A stretch of 64,000 nucleotides of DNA from Octopus vulgaris (lineage: Eukaryota). A model generated the notes under the pieces. It saw only the letters and a list, made by a program, of their open reading frames with translations, was not told where the DNA came from and ran no database searches. Of this stretch, positions 12,850-25,929 are shown in pieces. The translations under genes were made by a program, and so were the position numbers. The number at the start of each line of letters is the position of its first letter. The first letter of the stretch is position 1. The stretch is from NCBI GenBank assembly GCA_951406725.2, contig OX597818.1, forward strand, positions 82,956,001 through 83,020,000, in the 5' to 3' direction.

Positions 12850-13286
12850 GTTAAACCTACCTTCAGACATTTTGTGTCAAATAATGATCAGAATATAATC
12901 AATTATCGAAAAAAAAAATCACATACATTTGTTCGAAGATGGATATTTGTGAATATGCTCGTTTATGATCGGGTATTATCAAATCGTTACATTAACACAA
13001 GTAACCAAAGGAGAAGAAAGAATATTAAGAACGTATAACAACCAGTGTGTAACACATTGAATTCACCGACGTTACAGTTAAGTAGTAATCACACCAATAT
13101 AAATGCAGATCTGATTATCTGCGCTGGATATGTTAGGATTTGAGTAAGATCTTAACACAAGAGAATTATTGCACAAATAACGCTTCAATCAATATCGCAA
13201 AATTACGCCTGGGAAATCACTTGGTCTGCAAACTTTCACAATTCTCCAACTAAGCAAAGGATTGTGTTTATAAGACATATATATAT

Positions 13287-13317
<31 letters not shown>

Positions 13318-13422
13318 GATGTATGTATATCCATTTGCATCTACATATTCTTGAAAGTATATGTATATATAAATTTGTGTAATCATTGCTATATGAATAT
13401 AATAAAGTATTACGTTTGTATG

Positions 13423-13503
<81 letters not shown>

Positions 13504-13643
13504 CGCGCGTGTGTGTGTATGCGTGTTTGTATCTGTATAAGTGTGTATGTATCCATAAATTATGCATATAGATACATATTTGTATGGAGGTATATCTGAA
13601 AACACTTATGCAATGAAATAATAATAATAATAATAATAAAAAA

Positions 13644-13704
<61 letters not shown>

Positions 13705-13786
13705 TAATAATAATAATAATAATACGTTTATGTATATATCCATATACCAATATATATATATATATATACATAAATACATATATATT

Positions 13787-13830
<44 letters not shown>

Positions 13831-14330
13831 TGTATATAGTTGTGTGTGTGAATATATATATATAAATATGAATGTATAAATGCATGAATACATGCAACTT
13901 TGGTGAATTGTTGCAAAGATTAGAAATACCAAACTGAATGACTTGATTAGACCACTCTACGTTCGAAGGTTTTCTAGTCCCTATCTCGAATTTGCCTCCC
14001 AGGTGTCTGAACGTCACATATTGGTAATACACTAATATTACTTGGTAAATGTCACAGGATTTAGTCAAGTGTTCTACTGTTCGAATCAATTTAGTGCATG
14101 AGCTAAGAAAGCCACGTAATTCTCAGACTCAGTTTTTCTGGTTGTAAATGTGCATTAGGTAATAAGTGTCCTTATTTACTATTGCAAGTCACTGTTGAGG
14201 CATGCTGAGTAGACGAATAGGCTTGTTTTGTCCTATGTAATCAGCTAAATCTTCATCATATTATCCTAAGTTTTTATAAGGCAATCACCTATTACGAGTT
14301 ATAAATGGAGTATATCTGAAAATAATTCAA
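12850..14330 (+). mobile_element. Decayed CR1/L2-like LINE RT C-terminal region split by microsatellites (13275-13890)
   Basis: Residual peptides NADLIICAGYVR (FADD-like), [19 protein letters not shown] (LQxDLxxLxxWxxxWxxxFN-like) and LYVRRFSSPYLEFASQV (LYxxxVRPHLEYASxVW-like), in the expected order. Confidence 0.45.
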
Positions 14331-14469
14331 GACCGCCTGGGTCAAGAAGCAAGTGCCAGTAGATTTGTTTGACTAGACCTATACCCCCACCCCACCCCCA
14401 ATTAATCAATACCTTCATTACCCTATCACCACCACCAACAACAACAACAACATCACCTCAACACCAAGT

Positions 14470-14635
14470 GTTAGCGGCATTTCATCCGTCTTTATGATCT
14501 AAGTTCAAATTCTGCCGTGGTCGAATTGTCTTTCATCCTTCCAAGATCAATAAAATAAGTAACAGTGAAACACTGGGGTCGATCTAATTGACATGTCCCT
14601 ACCACGGAAATGCTGGCCTTGTGCCACAATTTGAA
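14470..14635 (+). mobile_element. Family A SINE, 5'-truncated and diverged
   Basis: ttagcggcatttcatccgtc...agttcaaattctgccgtggtcga...ggccttgtgccacaatttgaa. Confidence 0.8.
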
Positions 14636-14792
14636 AGGAGCAATCAATAAATAACACGTGGTATTTTGTCGGGTGTTATTTATTGACATCACACTACATA
14701 TTTTGTTTAATCCTGACATACGTTATTGAAATATCTTTCTTTTCATGCATTTATCTCATTTACTTACATTAACATACTGATTTCTTTCTGTA

Positions 14793-14880
<88 letters not shown>

Positions 14881-15001
14881 GTTGTAATGAAGCATTGTGT
14901 AATATTACTTAGGATAGAATCTTGATAAGGCTGAACCAATGCGAAATGAAGTACTATGTGAACTACAAGCGTGAAAAACATAGCAACAGTTAAATTTTTA
15001 T

Positions 15002-15047
15002 CATGTATTTCGACATTTCGAGGTTATGAACCTTTCCTCAGGACATG
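15002..15047 (-). ncRNA. Minimal type I hammerhead ribozyme motif at the 3' end of a Penelope-like remnant
   Basis: Minus strand CAUGUC-CUGAGGA-AAGG-UUCAUAA-CCUC-GAAA-UGUC/GA-AAUA-CAUG: canonical core, stem II with an A-C first pair, vestigial stem III, bulged stem I. Confidence 0.55.
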
Positions 15048-15122
15048 TGGAGAAAGGAAAAATGGGATGAGTTCTTGTTCAGACGTATGAGAGAGGAGAG
15101 TGACATGTGCAGAAATGTATTT

Positions 15123-15464
15123 TTATAATAGCCAGTCTAATTTGTGTAGCTCTTCTCTGTTGCTGCGAGCTGATATTAGCTTGTTTATATAGAGGGCCAC
15201 CTTTATTCGAAGGTAGTTTGTATTACGTTCAGTGACTCTGAGGGAAACTGTAAAATCCTGGCGGCTGCCATGTTTGCAGGTGTGAATGGATTGAATTGTT
15301 TGTGCGTACGTGTCCCTTGCTGTGAATGTGCTGTTGGTGCACCCAATGTAGGATGCATCACATTTGCTGTAGACTACCTCATATACCATACAGATACTCG
15401 TACACGCTTTAAAGTTATTGATGAAATAAGTAGATACTGTAACCCATGAGGTCGTTTGTGGCAC
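15123..15464 (-). pseudogene. Penelope-like element GIY-YIG endonuclease remnant
   Basis: ORF reads CTSICMVYEVVYSKCDASYIGCT...IKVALYINKLISARSNREE, matching the PLE GIY-YIG pattern VY-x-x-x-C-x-x-C-x-x-x-YIG...EALxI...N. Confidence 0.75.
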
Positions 15465-15766
15465 GATATCTGGAAAAATTACTTGAGAGATTGACTGCCA
15501 TTTACCGTTTATATATTAAATCTTTCCCTGCAGAGCGTATGATGGATTGCAGTAGTGATTCTGTCATCGAAATATAGTAGATTTAGAATCTACATATCAG
15601 AATTGGGAGTAAGCACATGCTCTGAAGTCTGAAAAAAACTGTAAATCTCTTCAACTCTTGTTTGTTTTAGAATTTGTGGTTCACTTTGTATCGCACTTTT
15701 TCGACTTTAAAACCTTGCATCTTTATATATGTGCGTGTGTATGTGTGTGTCTGTATGATTAGACAT

Positions 15767-15807
<41 letters not shown>

Positions 15808-15867
15808 TATATATACAGAGAGAGAGAGAGAGAGAAAGAGAGAGAAAGAGAGAGAGAAGAGAGAGAT

Positions 15868-16050
15868 CAAATTTACAGAAAACGAAAGACGAAGACACGC
15901 GTGGAAACGACAAGGAGGTTGTATTAGTTTGACGCTTGGGAAGAATGGAACGGACTTTGACATTTCGAGGGTGCGCTGTTCGACAGGAAAGATTGAGGGG
16001 GAAAAATAGAGAGCGAAAAAAAAAAGACAGAGAGAAAGAATTGTGTAGGG
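15868..16050 (-). mobile_element. Solo Penelope-type terminal repeat, diverged
   Basis: Homologous to 17210-17360 and 43181-43345 (aaagacgaagaca...tgtattagt.t.acgct...ctttgacatttcga). Confidence 0.65.
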
Positions 16051-16256
16051 ATTAATGGTTCAAACGTGTATACATATATACATACATGCATACATATATG
16101 CATACATTGTGGTGATTGTCTACGCCTTATACAGAGTTTGACATGCTCTTGTATTTAAACCTTAGATCTGTCATGGCGTCGCATGTGGATTTTTAAAACA
16201 ATGTTTTGAAAAGACACCCACGTAAATTGCATTCATACATATATACATAAATATAT

Positions 16257-16339
<83 letters not shown>

Positions 16340-16464
16340 CAGTGGCGACTCCGGCACTGGGCCTATTCGGGCTTAGCCCGAGTATAAATCTAGTGTCTTG
16401 TTATACAGGAGATAAACAATTCGAATGTTATTGAGATCTCGAGTCTTCACTCTTTTATATCAAC

Positions 16465-17024
16465 TGTTTCACTCTGCATTTGTTTCTTTGTCAGTCAACG
16501 CACTCCTCGCTCGCTCTCTCTTTTCTCTCTCTTTCTCTTTCTCTGCTTCCCTCATCTACCCATTCTCATATATAAGTTTTTGTTTCCTTTCACAGGTAAT
16601 TCATAGCGAAATTTATGTTACGTAAAAATTCGGCAATGCATACATATGGGTACAGACGCACCCACACCATCGCATCCCACACTCATACATACACATGCAC
16701 ATATATACATACACATGCACACATATACACACCTGTATGTGAATATATGTTTCACTCTGCATTTGTTTCTTTGTCAGTCAACGCACTCCTCGCTCGCTCT
16801 CTCTTTTCTCTCTCTTTCTCTTTCTCTGCTTCCCTCATCTACCCATTCTCATATTAAGTTTTTGTTTCCTTTCACAGGTAATTCATAGCGAAATTTATGT
16901 TACGTAAAAATTCGGCAATGCATACATATGGGTACAGACGCACCCACACCATCGCATCCCACACTCATACATACACATGCACATATATACATACACATGC
17001 ACACATATACACACATGTATGTGA

Positions 17025-17032
<8 letters not shown>
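16465..17032. repeat. Near-perfect tandem duplication, 2 x ~283 bp
   Basis: tgtttcactctgcatttg... starts at 16465 and 16748. I could see one 1-bp indel and one substitution between the copies. Confidence 0.95.
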
Positions 17033-17080
<48 letters not shown>

Positions 17081-17149
17081 GTATGTATATATTTATATAT
17101 ATATCCATATCTATATCTATATCTATCTATCTATTTATCTATCTATCCC

Positions 17150-17209
<60 letters not shown>

Positions 17210-17212
<3 letters not shown>

Positions 17213-18535
17213 AGAGTTCACGAAAAAAACAAAAGAGGAAGACAGGTGATGTACAAAACAAACAGATGTATTAGTATAACGCTCAGGAATTGATAAAAGT
17301 CTTTTACGTTTCGAGCCTACGCTCTTCTAGACAAAGGAACACAGAAAAAAACAAGGAATGAAAAGAAATGACGAAAGACGCAGACAGGTGTAGGAACAAG
17401 CTGGTGTAATCGTTTAACGCTCGGGAAAAATGGAAAAGTCCTTTACGTTTCGAGCTTACGCTCTAAGACAGAACGGAATAAGCGGAACAAATGTAGAGAG
17501 AATGAAACAATCAGAGAAAGAAAATCTGTGTAGAGTTCAGCGGGCCAACATGGTGGGAAAACTGGAAAAAGTGGTTGAATGAAAGGGAGATAATAATTAA
17601 AAGAAGGTGGATGAAGGGGAGATAATAATGAGGATCCTATCGACCTAAGGTGCTCATGCGTGTGCGTGTATGGGAGAATGGCGTGTATGTGTATGTGTGA
17701 ATGGGGGCGAATGAGTCTGACGTATGTGTGCGTATGTGTGTGCGTGTGCGTGTGTGAGAGTGTTTTGTGTGCTTTTTCAAGAGGTGTGTGCAAATGTGTA
17801 TGCGTGTGTCTATGTCTGTATCATGTGGTGTGTGCATGTGTATAGTGTTCGTTTGTTGTCAAAAGATATTTTATCTATACGCATTGCGTGTGTATATGGG
17901 TGTTGCGTGTGTTTGTGTACATATTGTCTGTGTTCAGGTATTATGTGCTTGTGCAGATGTGAGTGTGTACATGATGGTGTGTGTACATGATGGTGTTAAA
18001 CAGTGTGTCTGAGTGTGGCTGTTCGTACATAGATATGTATCGGTGTTAGTGTGTTTGGTTCAAGGTGCTCTGGGTGTTTGTGTGATGGTGTGTGAGACGA
18101 GTGATGTTTTGAAGAGTGGTGTGTGTATAGTGATGCATGTGTCGTGAGGATAGCGAATTGGGCAGTATGCAGGTGTGTAGATGAAGAGGTAGTTGAATGT
18201 GGGAGGTGTGTGGATATCCGTGTAGGGTTGATGTCAGATGAAGAGAAGATTAAGTTGGGTTCAGGCGGTGCAAAGGAACGAAGAGAGAAGATTATTCCTT
18301 GCTCACGTCGAAGGCGGGAGTCCAGATCACCCCTGTGCACAGAGATATTGCAGTGAATAACCGGTAGAGCTGAAGTGGTGCGAGACCTGGGTGTCATTGC
18401 TGAGCCTGATATGGGGGATGTGCTCCGCGAACCGTCCAGCCAAGCGGAGTCCTGTTTGACCAATGTACCAGAAAGGACAGAGGAAACAGGAGATTCAGTA
18501 AATAACATTATAAGAGGTGCAGGTAAAGGAGTCGC
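17210..18535 (-). mobile_element. 5'-truncated Penelope-like retroelement: GIY-YIG domain, 3' region and partly tandem terminal repeats
   Basis: Minus strand ~18350-18527 reads FTCTSYNVIY*ISCFLCPFWYIGQTGLRLAGRFAEHIPHIR...VSHHFSSTGYS, then frameshifted RLRREQGIIFSLRSFAP. Two tandem terminal repeats (139-bp period) lie at 17210-17520. Confidence 0.85.
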
Positions 18536-19768
18536 CCTAATTTTACTCAGATTGCTGTGAATTTTGGTGTATCGATTCAACTCTGAATTTTGATTACTAT
18601 CAACCAATTACTTTATCTCGTAAATTAAAGAATCTGATATTATTTGGAATTAAAGGTGAGAAATTTAGATAATTTTAGCCAATCACCAGACAGCGTTGCG
18701 CTAGCAACTTCTTACCATGACAAGTGCACGCTGTGATGTGGTTCACAGTTGCCTGTGCGGCTGTCGCCTATGTTGATTTTTCACACTTGATTCTTTAAAC
18801 CACGAGATTCTTTTCACCCGCATGTTTTGTTTTTATTTTTATGCGTTAGTATATTACATATTTTTCTGAGCTTCCGTGTGTTAGGATTTTCCTGTACATG
18901 TGTTAGAATTTTTACAAATTTTTCATTTCATATATTTTTGGGACTCATTGACTCAGATAGCTGAATTTGTGATTTCACTAGGTTAATTCTATTCATAAAA
19001 AATTAAATAAGGCGTATTTCTTAAACTGTTATCTTCACATTTCAGCAGCTTTACTAAAATTTAGCACACGTAACAGTAACTGAGCGTGTAACAGAGAAGC
19101 TGTCACTGATACAGATAATTTGACATTACTTTTGAATTCTGCATGCCAAAATGTATAGGATACAGTTATCCTTTTCCTTGGAACAAATCTTTTCTTGACC
19201 AGTGTTATTCTTATCGTACTTTACAAATCTAAGCGTGAAAACGTCACCCAACCCCGGAGTTTTGGAGATAGACCTCCACTTTTAACGCATACGCACACAC
19301 ACATACACTTATAGATTAATGATGTACACAAATACATGGCAGATAGACATAATACTGAAACACGCATAAAGAAAACACATACAGATAAATATATTATTAT
19401 CATATAACAAAGTAAAAATAATTTTAAAAATACAATCAATGAAGAGACAAAAGAAAAAGATGATACATGTTGATTTTATTAGGGATTTCTGTTTATTTTG
19501 AAACCTGCAATGAAAAGATCAGACGCTAAACTATAAATTTCACAGGGTATAACATTAAATTTAACAAAGCTCCGCTGAACGCAGAAAATTTCTCTCTCGC
19601 TATTGGCAATAAGTACACAGTTTCTTCAATTTTTAAACCTCTGTAACATTTTTCTTCAATTTGTTTTCTCCACATCATAACTTCAAAGCAATTAGATTGG
19701 ATGGCTGCACTATTATAGCTGATTTTCAGATTTTTACCTCCTATTTTGCGAATGAAAAAGACTATATT

Positions 19769-19802
<34 letters not shown>

Positions 19803-19885
19803 CTGATACATAGATATTGCATTTGTACGCCGTTAAATATCTGATGATGGTCTTTAAGAGCGTAATCATGTAAAGGAGTATTGGA

Positions 19886-19947
<62 letters not shown>

Positions 19948-20865
19948 ATACATAATTTGACACCGTGCGTATGTTCTAAATGCACAACTTGGTTGCTACA
20001 CGTTAAAAATAGATTCAATGTACGAAGTGGTGGGAGGAAAAAAAAGAAAGAAGGAGAGAGAGACAATGAATTGAAATATAGCGTTCCGAAAGTATCTAAC
20101 ATCAAGTTACTTTAAAGCTCTTCTGTATAAGCGCGTATAGGCATACATGTATATCTAAATCATGTGGTATTTTATGATGCTTGTGCTGCTTTAATAATAA
20201 AGAAGATTCTTCTTGATATAAATTCTAGTCATGTTTCTCTGTTTGTTACGTTTTATGTTCGTTAACTCCTCCCAGACTGTTGTAGCAATGACAACGAAAC
20301 TCAAAGCAGCAGCTCCCTAATCGCAGGGAATGTACTAAGGTATCTACGTTTCTATGGGCCAACTAATTGGGGCCCCAATGACGCCACCCCTAATTTTACT
20401 GCATTTTAAACTAAATACATGGCATTGGCGACCAATCCGGAGCAGCGACAATGGATTACATATCATGAACTCCCAGGATGTATCGTCACGAGGTTCAATT
20501 TCTAAAAGGTCGCTTAAATAGCGCCCCACTACATTTACCCCGCTCCTACGCTTAATGATTATACTATGATCAGTATCAATGCTTAGCACGATTGCAGAAA
20601 TAAATTTCATCACACAAGGGTAGAGGTCCGCGAAGCTCCGCAACAGTGGGGCCGAAAGCCTCAAGGTTGCCTCTGCAGGAGATCACCTGAATGCCGACGG
20701 AATGGCGGCTTCAAGGCTAGTATACACACACACACAAACACACGCGGACACACACATGCACGGACACATACACACACACACATATATACTTACATGCATA
20801 TACACATGCATACACATGTGCACAAAAGCGGTGAGCTTGTGTGTACACATGCATGCATGAGTTTA

Positions 20866-21411
20866 GGCGGCGAGCTGGCAGAAACGTTAGCACGCCGGGC
20901 GAAGGCAAAGGCGGCGAGCTGGCTAAGGCGGCGAGCTGGCAGAATCATTAGCGCGCCGGGCGAAATGCGTAGCCGTATTTCGTCTGCCGTTACGTTGTGA
21001 GTTCAAATTCCGCCGAGGTCGACTTTGCCTTTCATCCTTTCGGGGTCGATAAATTAAGTACCAGTTACGCACTGGGGTCGATGTAATCGACTTGATACCT
21101 ATGTCTGTCCTTTTTTTGTCCCCTCTGTGTTTGGCCCCTTGTGGGTAATAAAGAAATAGGTATTTCGTCTGCTGTTACGTTGTAAGTTCAAATTCCGCCG
21201 AGGTCGACTTTGCCTTTCATCCTTTCGGGTTCGATAAATTAAGTACCAGTTAGGCACTGGGTCGATGTAATCCACTTAATCCGTTTGTCTGTCCGTGTTT
21301 GTCCTCTCTGTGTTTAGCCCCTTGTGGTTACTAATGAAATATGTATTTTGTCTGCCGCTGTGTTCTGAGTTCAAATTCCGCCGAGGTCGACTTTGCCTTT
21401 CATCCTTTCGG
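20866..21411 (+). mobile_element. Composite family A SINE array with triplicated 5' head
   Basis: aggcggcgagctggc at 20865, 20909 and 20926, then three body units joined by tail A. Confidence 0.92.
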
Positions 21412-21454
21412 ATGAAATAAGATCTTCGAAATAAGAACTTCGAAAATAATGCTT

Positions 21455-21650
21455 TCTAATCTTGACTCAAGGCCAGCAATTTCGGGATAGATTATAAGTC
21501 AATTCTATCTACCCAGTGTTCAACTGGTACTTATTTTTTCGAGACCTAAATGTATGAAAGTAAAATTCAACCTACAAGGAATTTGAACTCAGAGCGTAAA
21601 CATGGACAAAATACCATTAAATGTTTTGCCTCGCGGGTAACGATTCAGTA
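21455..21650 (-). mobile_element. Family A SINE, diverged, inverted relative to the adjacent array
   Basis: caaggccagcaatttcggg...caactggtacttatttt...ggaatttgaactcagagcgtaaac. Confidence 0.8.
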
Positions 21651-23724
21651 AACACGCAATTTTAGTCACTGTGTAAAAATATTGCTTGCAAATTTTAACG
21701 AATTTTATACATTACTACACACACACACATATACAAAAGCACGCATACTAGCAGACACATAAACACTTATAAAAACACGCAATGCGTTTGCTATTTCTCA
21801 TAAATTTTATTATTGTAAAATATAATCATGAACATAGATCTTTCAATCATCGTGATATTGATTGAAAATAATTTGATAAATATTAGTAGAGAATTTTTAG
21901 GAATATATATATATAATATATAATTAGAGTATACACAACAATCGTGTAGGTATATATATATGCATGTGTTTGTTTATCTGTATGAATGTATGTGTGTGTT
22001 TACAAAATGAAGTAAATAAAGAAATAAATACGCTAAATACAGGAAATTGTTTGTGGTAATAACTGGCAGTAGTTATTACTTATCTTTCTTTGAAACTGAA
22101 TTACAAATACGTATTCACAGACGCCTAAATACCATCTTCTTTGAGATTTATTTAAGTTTTTCATAATATAGTTCAAACCAGTCGGTAACCATAAGACAAG
22201 ACTTTTTGATTTGAGGTATGCAGTTCACCGATGGAAAGACTCACTGAGACATCACTGTGCATCGACCTTGATGTGTTTAATCATCGCGTAAGGAACGGAG
22301 ATGTTCTCCGATGACGGAAAACAATAGCCATTAGATATTCAAGTTTGAACCTGCCAGAACGTAAAGAGTTAATAAGCGCGTTATTGTTTGGATTCTCATT
22401 CTGCTGTGAGCACTTCATGAATTATTACGCGCCAGCAAACAACTTGTTAGCTGATTACTGTAAACAACATGCTCTTGTGCGATTCATCGGTCCGGTGGTG
22501 TGACTTTGAGAAGACATACAACGAAACCGAAACGCGGTGTCATATCAAACTGCGCTTTAACTGGAGAATCGCATATTTTATGACCACTCATCACCTATGT
22601 TGAAAAGGTCTTTTCCGATGACGAATAACAATAGTGATCAGACATCTGCTTTCTAATCTGCCAAAACATATTAAGAATGAATAGATGCGTTATTGTTCTC
22701 GTTCTTTTGCTCGCTCCTCCCGAAAATAATAATAATTTCCGAAAAATTGTGTTTAGGTTATCACTTAGAGGAATATAATAATTAACGAGAAATTCTATAC
22801 TAGTGACAAGAAATGTAACACTAAATCCTGAATAGGAAAACTTAAATCGTTATCGAAGATGGGTTTAAGACAAAAGAATCGTAAAACAAAACAACCGATG
22901 TAAAAGATACAATATCGGACTTCCATTTAATCCGCTACAAACAGAGAGAAAACAGTTATCAGAAATTAAATCTTCTCAAATGTTTACGCTTCAAATTTAG
23001 TCATTAATTTCGCAGTCATCTTCATCCAATATTTACCATTTATATATGATATTCTGTGTATACGTAGGTGTGAGAGTGGATAAAGCACGTCACCAATCGG
23101 AGCGCTCAAAAGTTGTTAGAATGTATCTCGTCGTGATTGTCGTGCCACCTCGTGGTTGTCATGTATGATATTTGGCATTTGGATATAGTTACAACAATCA
23201 GAGCAAAATATTATTATAAGGAGAAGGATACCTACAATATGTTTTGTGTTGAAATCATATTAAATCCTTCATTCAGGGTTTTAGGTTGTCCTTCTCTAAA
23301 ACCTTACGAGGATGCTTTCTGCTAGTATGGAATGAATCGATTTTTCTCTGTTTTCTGTAGAACTGCGTATACACACAGTGGTACATTCATATTTATCAAT
23401 ATCTAAGCAATATATCTCACTTTTTGTCCCTCATTTTCTTTGTGCGTGTATGTGTATATATACATAAATATATACACATACACACACGTACACACATTTA
23501 CATACATACATAATACGTACACACCCATACACACACGCGTACACACACATACACAGACACACATATAGATTTTTATATCTGTATCTTTTATTATATGAAA
23601 CAATTCATATCTGTTTTTAAGTAGATAATATTTATTTTACCCAAAATGAAAATTTACTGTCCCTGACTGGATAATAATAGATAATAACACTGCTATTCCG
23701 ATAACAAACTCATAAATGTTGGCC

Positions 23725-23773
<49 letters not shown>

Positions 23774-24204
23774 ACGTGCATATATATATATGTATTCATA
23801 TATATATATATATATAGATAGTCACACATACATATGTACTTATATATATTTGTGTGCGTGTGTGTTTTATTATACACACATACACGTACAGATATAGACA
23901 CACACACACACATATATTACACACACAATACGCACACTCACACATTCCACTGACAAACACTCGTTCACGTATGTTTTATGCTATACAAACAATATTTTGT
24001 AATCCCTTTACGGCCTCAACTGTTATCAAAGCATTCAGGCCCCACTGTTTGTTTTCTTTTATTTTTTGCATAAAAACCCTTTATCTACACTTATTTGATT
24101 ACAATGATATAACACTGCAAATGTACTACAGTATTTATTAGTATCGGGATAACCGACCGACAACAATAAGCTGCTGTAGCATATGTTTTGTTGCTGGTGT
24201 TGTT

Positions 24205-24605
<401 letters not shown>

Positions 24606-24779
24606 TAGCTTATCAATTATTTTTCACATGTGCATATGTCTCGGTATTTTGTTGGAGGGGCGCCATAGATTACATAATTTTCACGTGTTTTGGGGCATTA
24701 TTTATCAACTGGAATGTATGGTTTATGTTAAAAGTAATAATGAGATTAATGATCTCGAATCCATGCACCATCAATAAAC

Positions 24780-24930
24780 AGCCTGCTAATGAACGCTGAT
24801 GCCTTCATAGCGACTATCGATCTTTCAGAAATTAAATTTCTCTCGTAATATGAAGGACATGTTTGATTTGATAATGTGGTCAGGATTTTGTAGTCATGTC
24901 TAGGCAGAAGATGGGAATAATCACAGCTGA
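24780..24930 (-). mobile_element. Possible LINE RT fragment
   Basis: Minus-strand PIFCL followed by frameshifted DYKILTTLSNQ resembles L1/Tx1 RPIxLLNxDYKILxKxLxNR. Confidence 0.3.
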
Positions 24931-25929
24931 AGTGTATCTTGTCTCATGTCTGTTAAACAACGACAGCAGCAACAGCAGCCAAGTTATTTTAACAGAACTA
25001 ACAAGTTGGTCCTGGTTGTTGTTAAAATGGAAATTACAGTTAATTATAGTCGCAGTCATGGCTATGTATTTAAGCCGATCGTTTGGCAAACACTTAGTTT
25101 CAAGTTCTGTCCCAATGCATCGCATCTTGGGTGAGTATCTCCTAGATTTCCGAGCCGACCAGTACAGGCATACATACAGACAAATACGTACATTCATACG
25201 CGAGGTTCCAATTTTTTGTTGTTTTTGTACTGTTTAAAGGCACGTTTCTTTCTTCCCAAGCTTACTGTTTAAACCATGTTTGTGTTCTCCCAGTCAACAG
25301 CCTTATCATTACTCTTCGGTTGCATATTTGTTTGAATAAAATCGCTCTTTTTTGGGGGGGAATAGAAAAAAGTATATCTTTATTTCTTCTTTTGCTGGTG
25401 TCTCAAATTTAGTTTAAATCAGTGTTTCTCAAAGGGGAGGCCTATGGGACGGTCGGACAATTTGTTTTGAGAAAATTTGGATTAAATGTTTGACAACTCA
25501 GCACCGTCCATTGGACGGGAGAGCGTTTTGTTCGTATATATATACATATATATGCATATATACATACATATATGTACATGCTTACATATATATAAACACA
25601 CATATATATGCATATATGGGTACAGGACGTCACTAAACGTAAACAACATGTAATAAGAAAACATGTACTATGAAGGCAAACTTCTGTTCGTGGACAACGA
25701 GAGAAACAAATGGAAAGCAAAAACAGGACAGGCAACATAAAGAATGACACTTCATCAGTTGTCGGCTGTTCATCTACTCCATATTTCGAGCAATTAACGA
25801 CAATAAGAGGGATTTTGAGTAGGGTCAAATTTTGTAACAAAAACAGGAAAGTGGAGAAACACAAACTAAACGAAAACAAACACGGATGGCCACATTAGCA
25901 CTTCGCAGATTACATCGATGAGTGTTCTA

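Noticed and set aside
16340-16384. Transposon terminus (cagtggcg...) with small hairpin tcgggc-tta-gcccga
   Set aside because: No matching second terminus found in the window.
17996-18607. 203-aa minus-strand ORF as a gene
   Set aside because: The recognisable GIY-YIG motif lies mostly in another frame with a stop; this ORF is an off-frame reading of a Penelope fossil.
20866-21411. CRISPR-like repeat-spacer array
   Set aside because: Units are ~200 bp with homologous rather than unique spacers, there are no cas genes, and the context is eukaryotic; these are SINE multimers.
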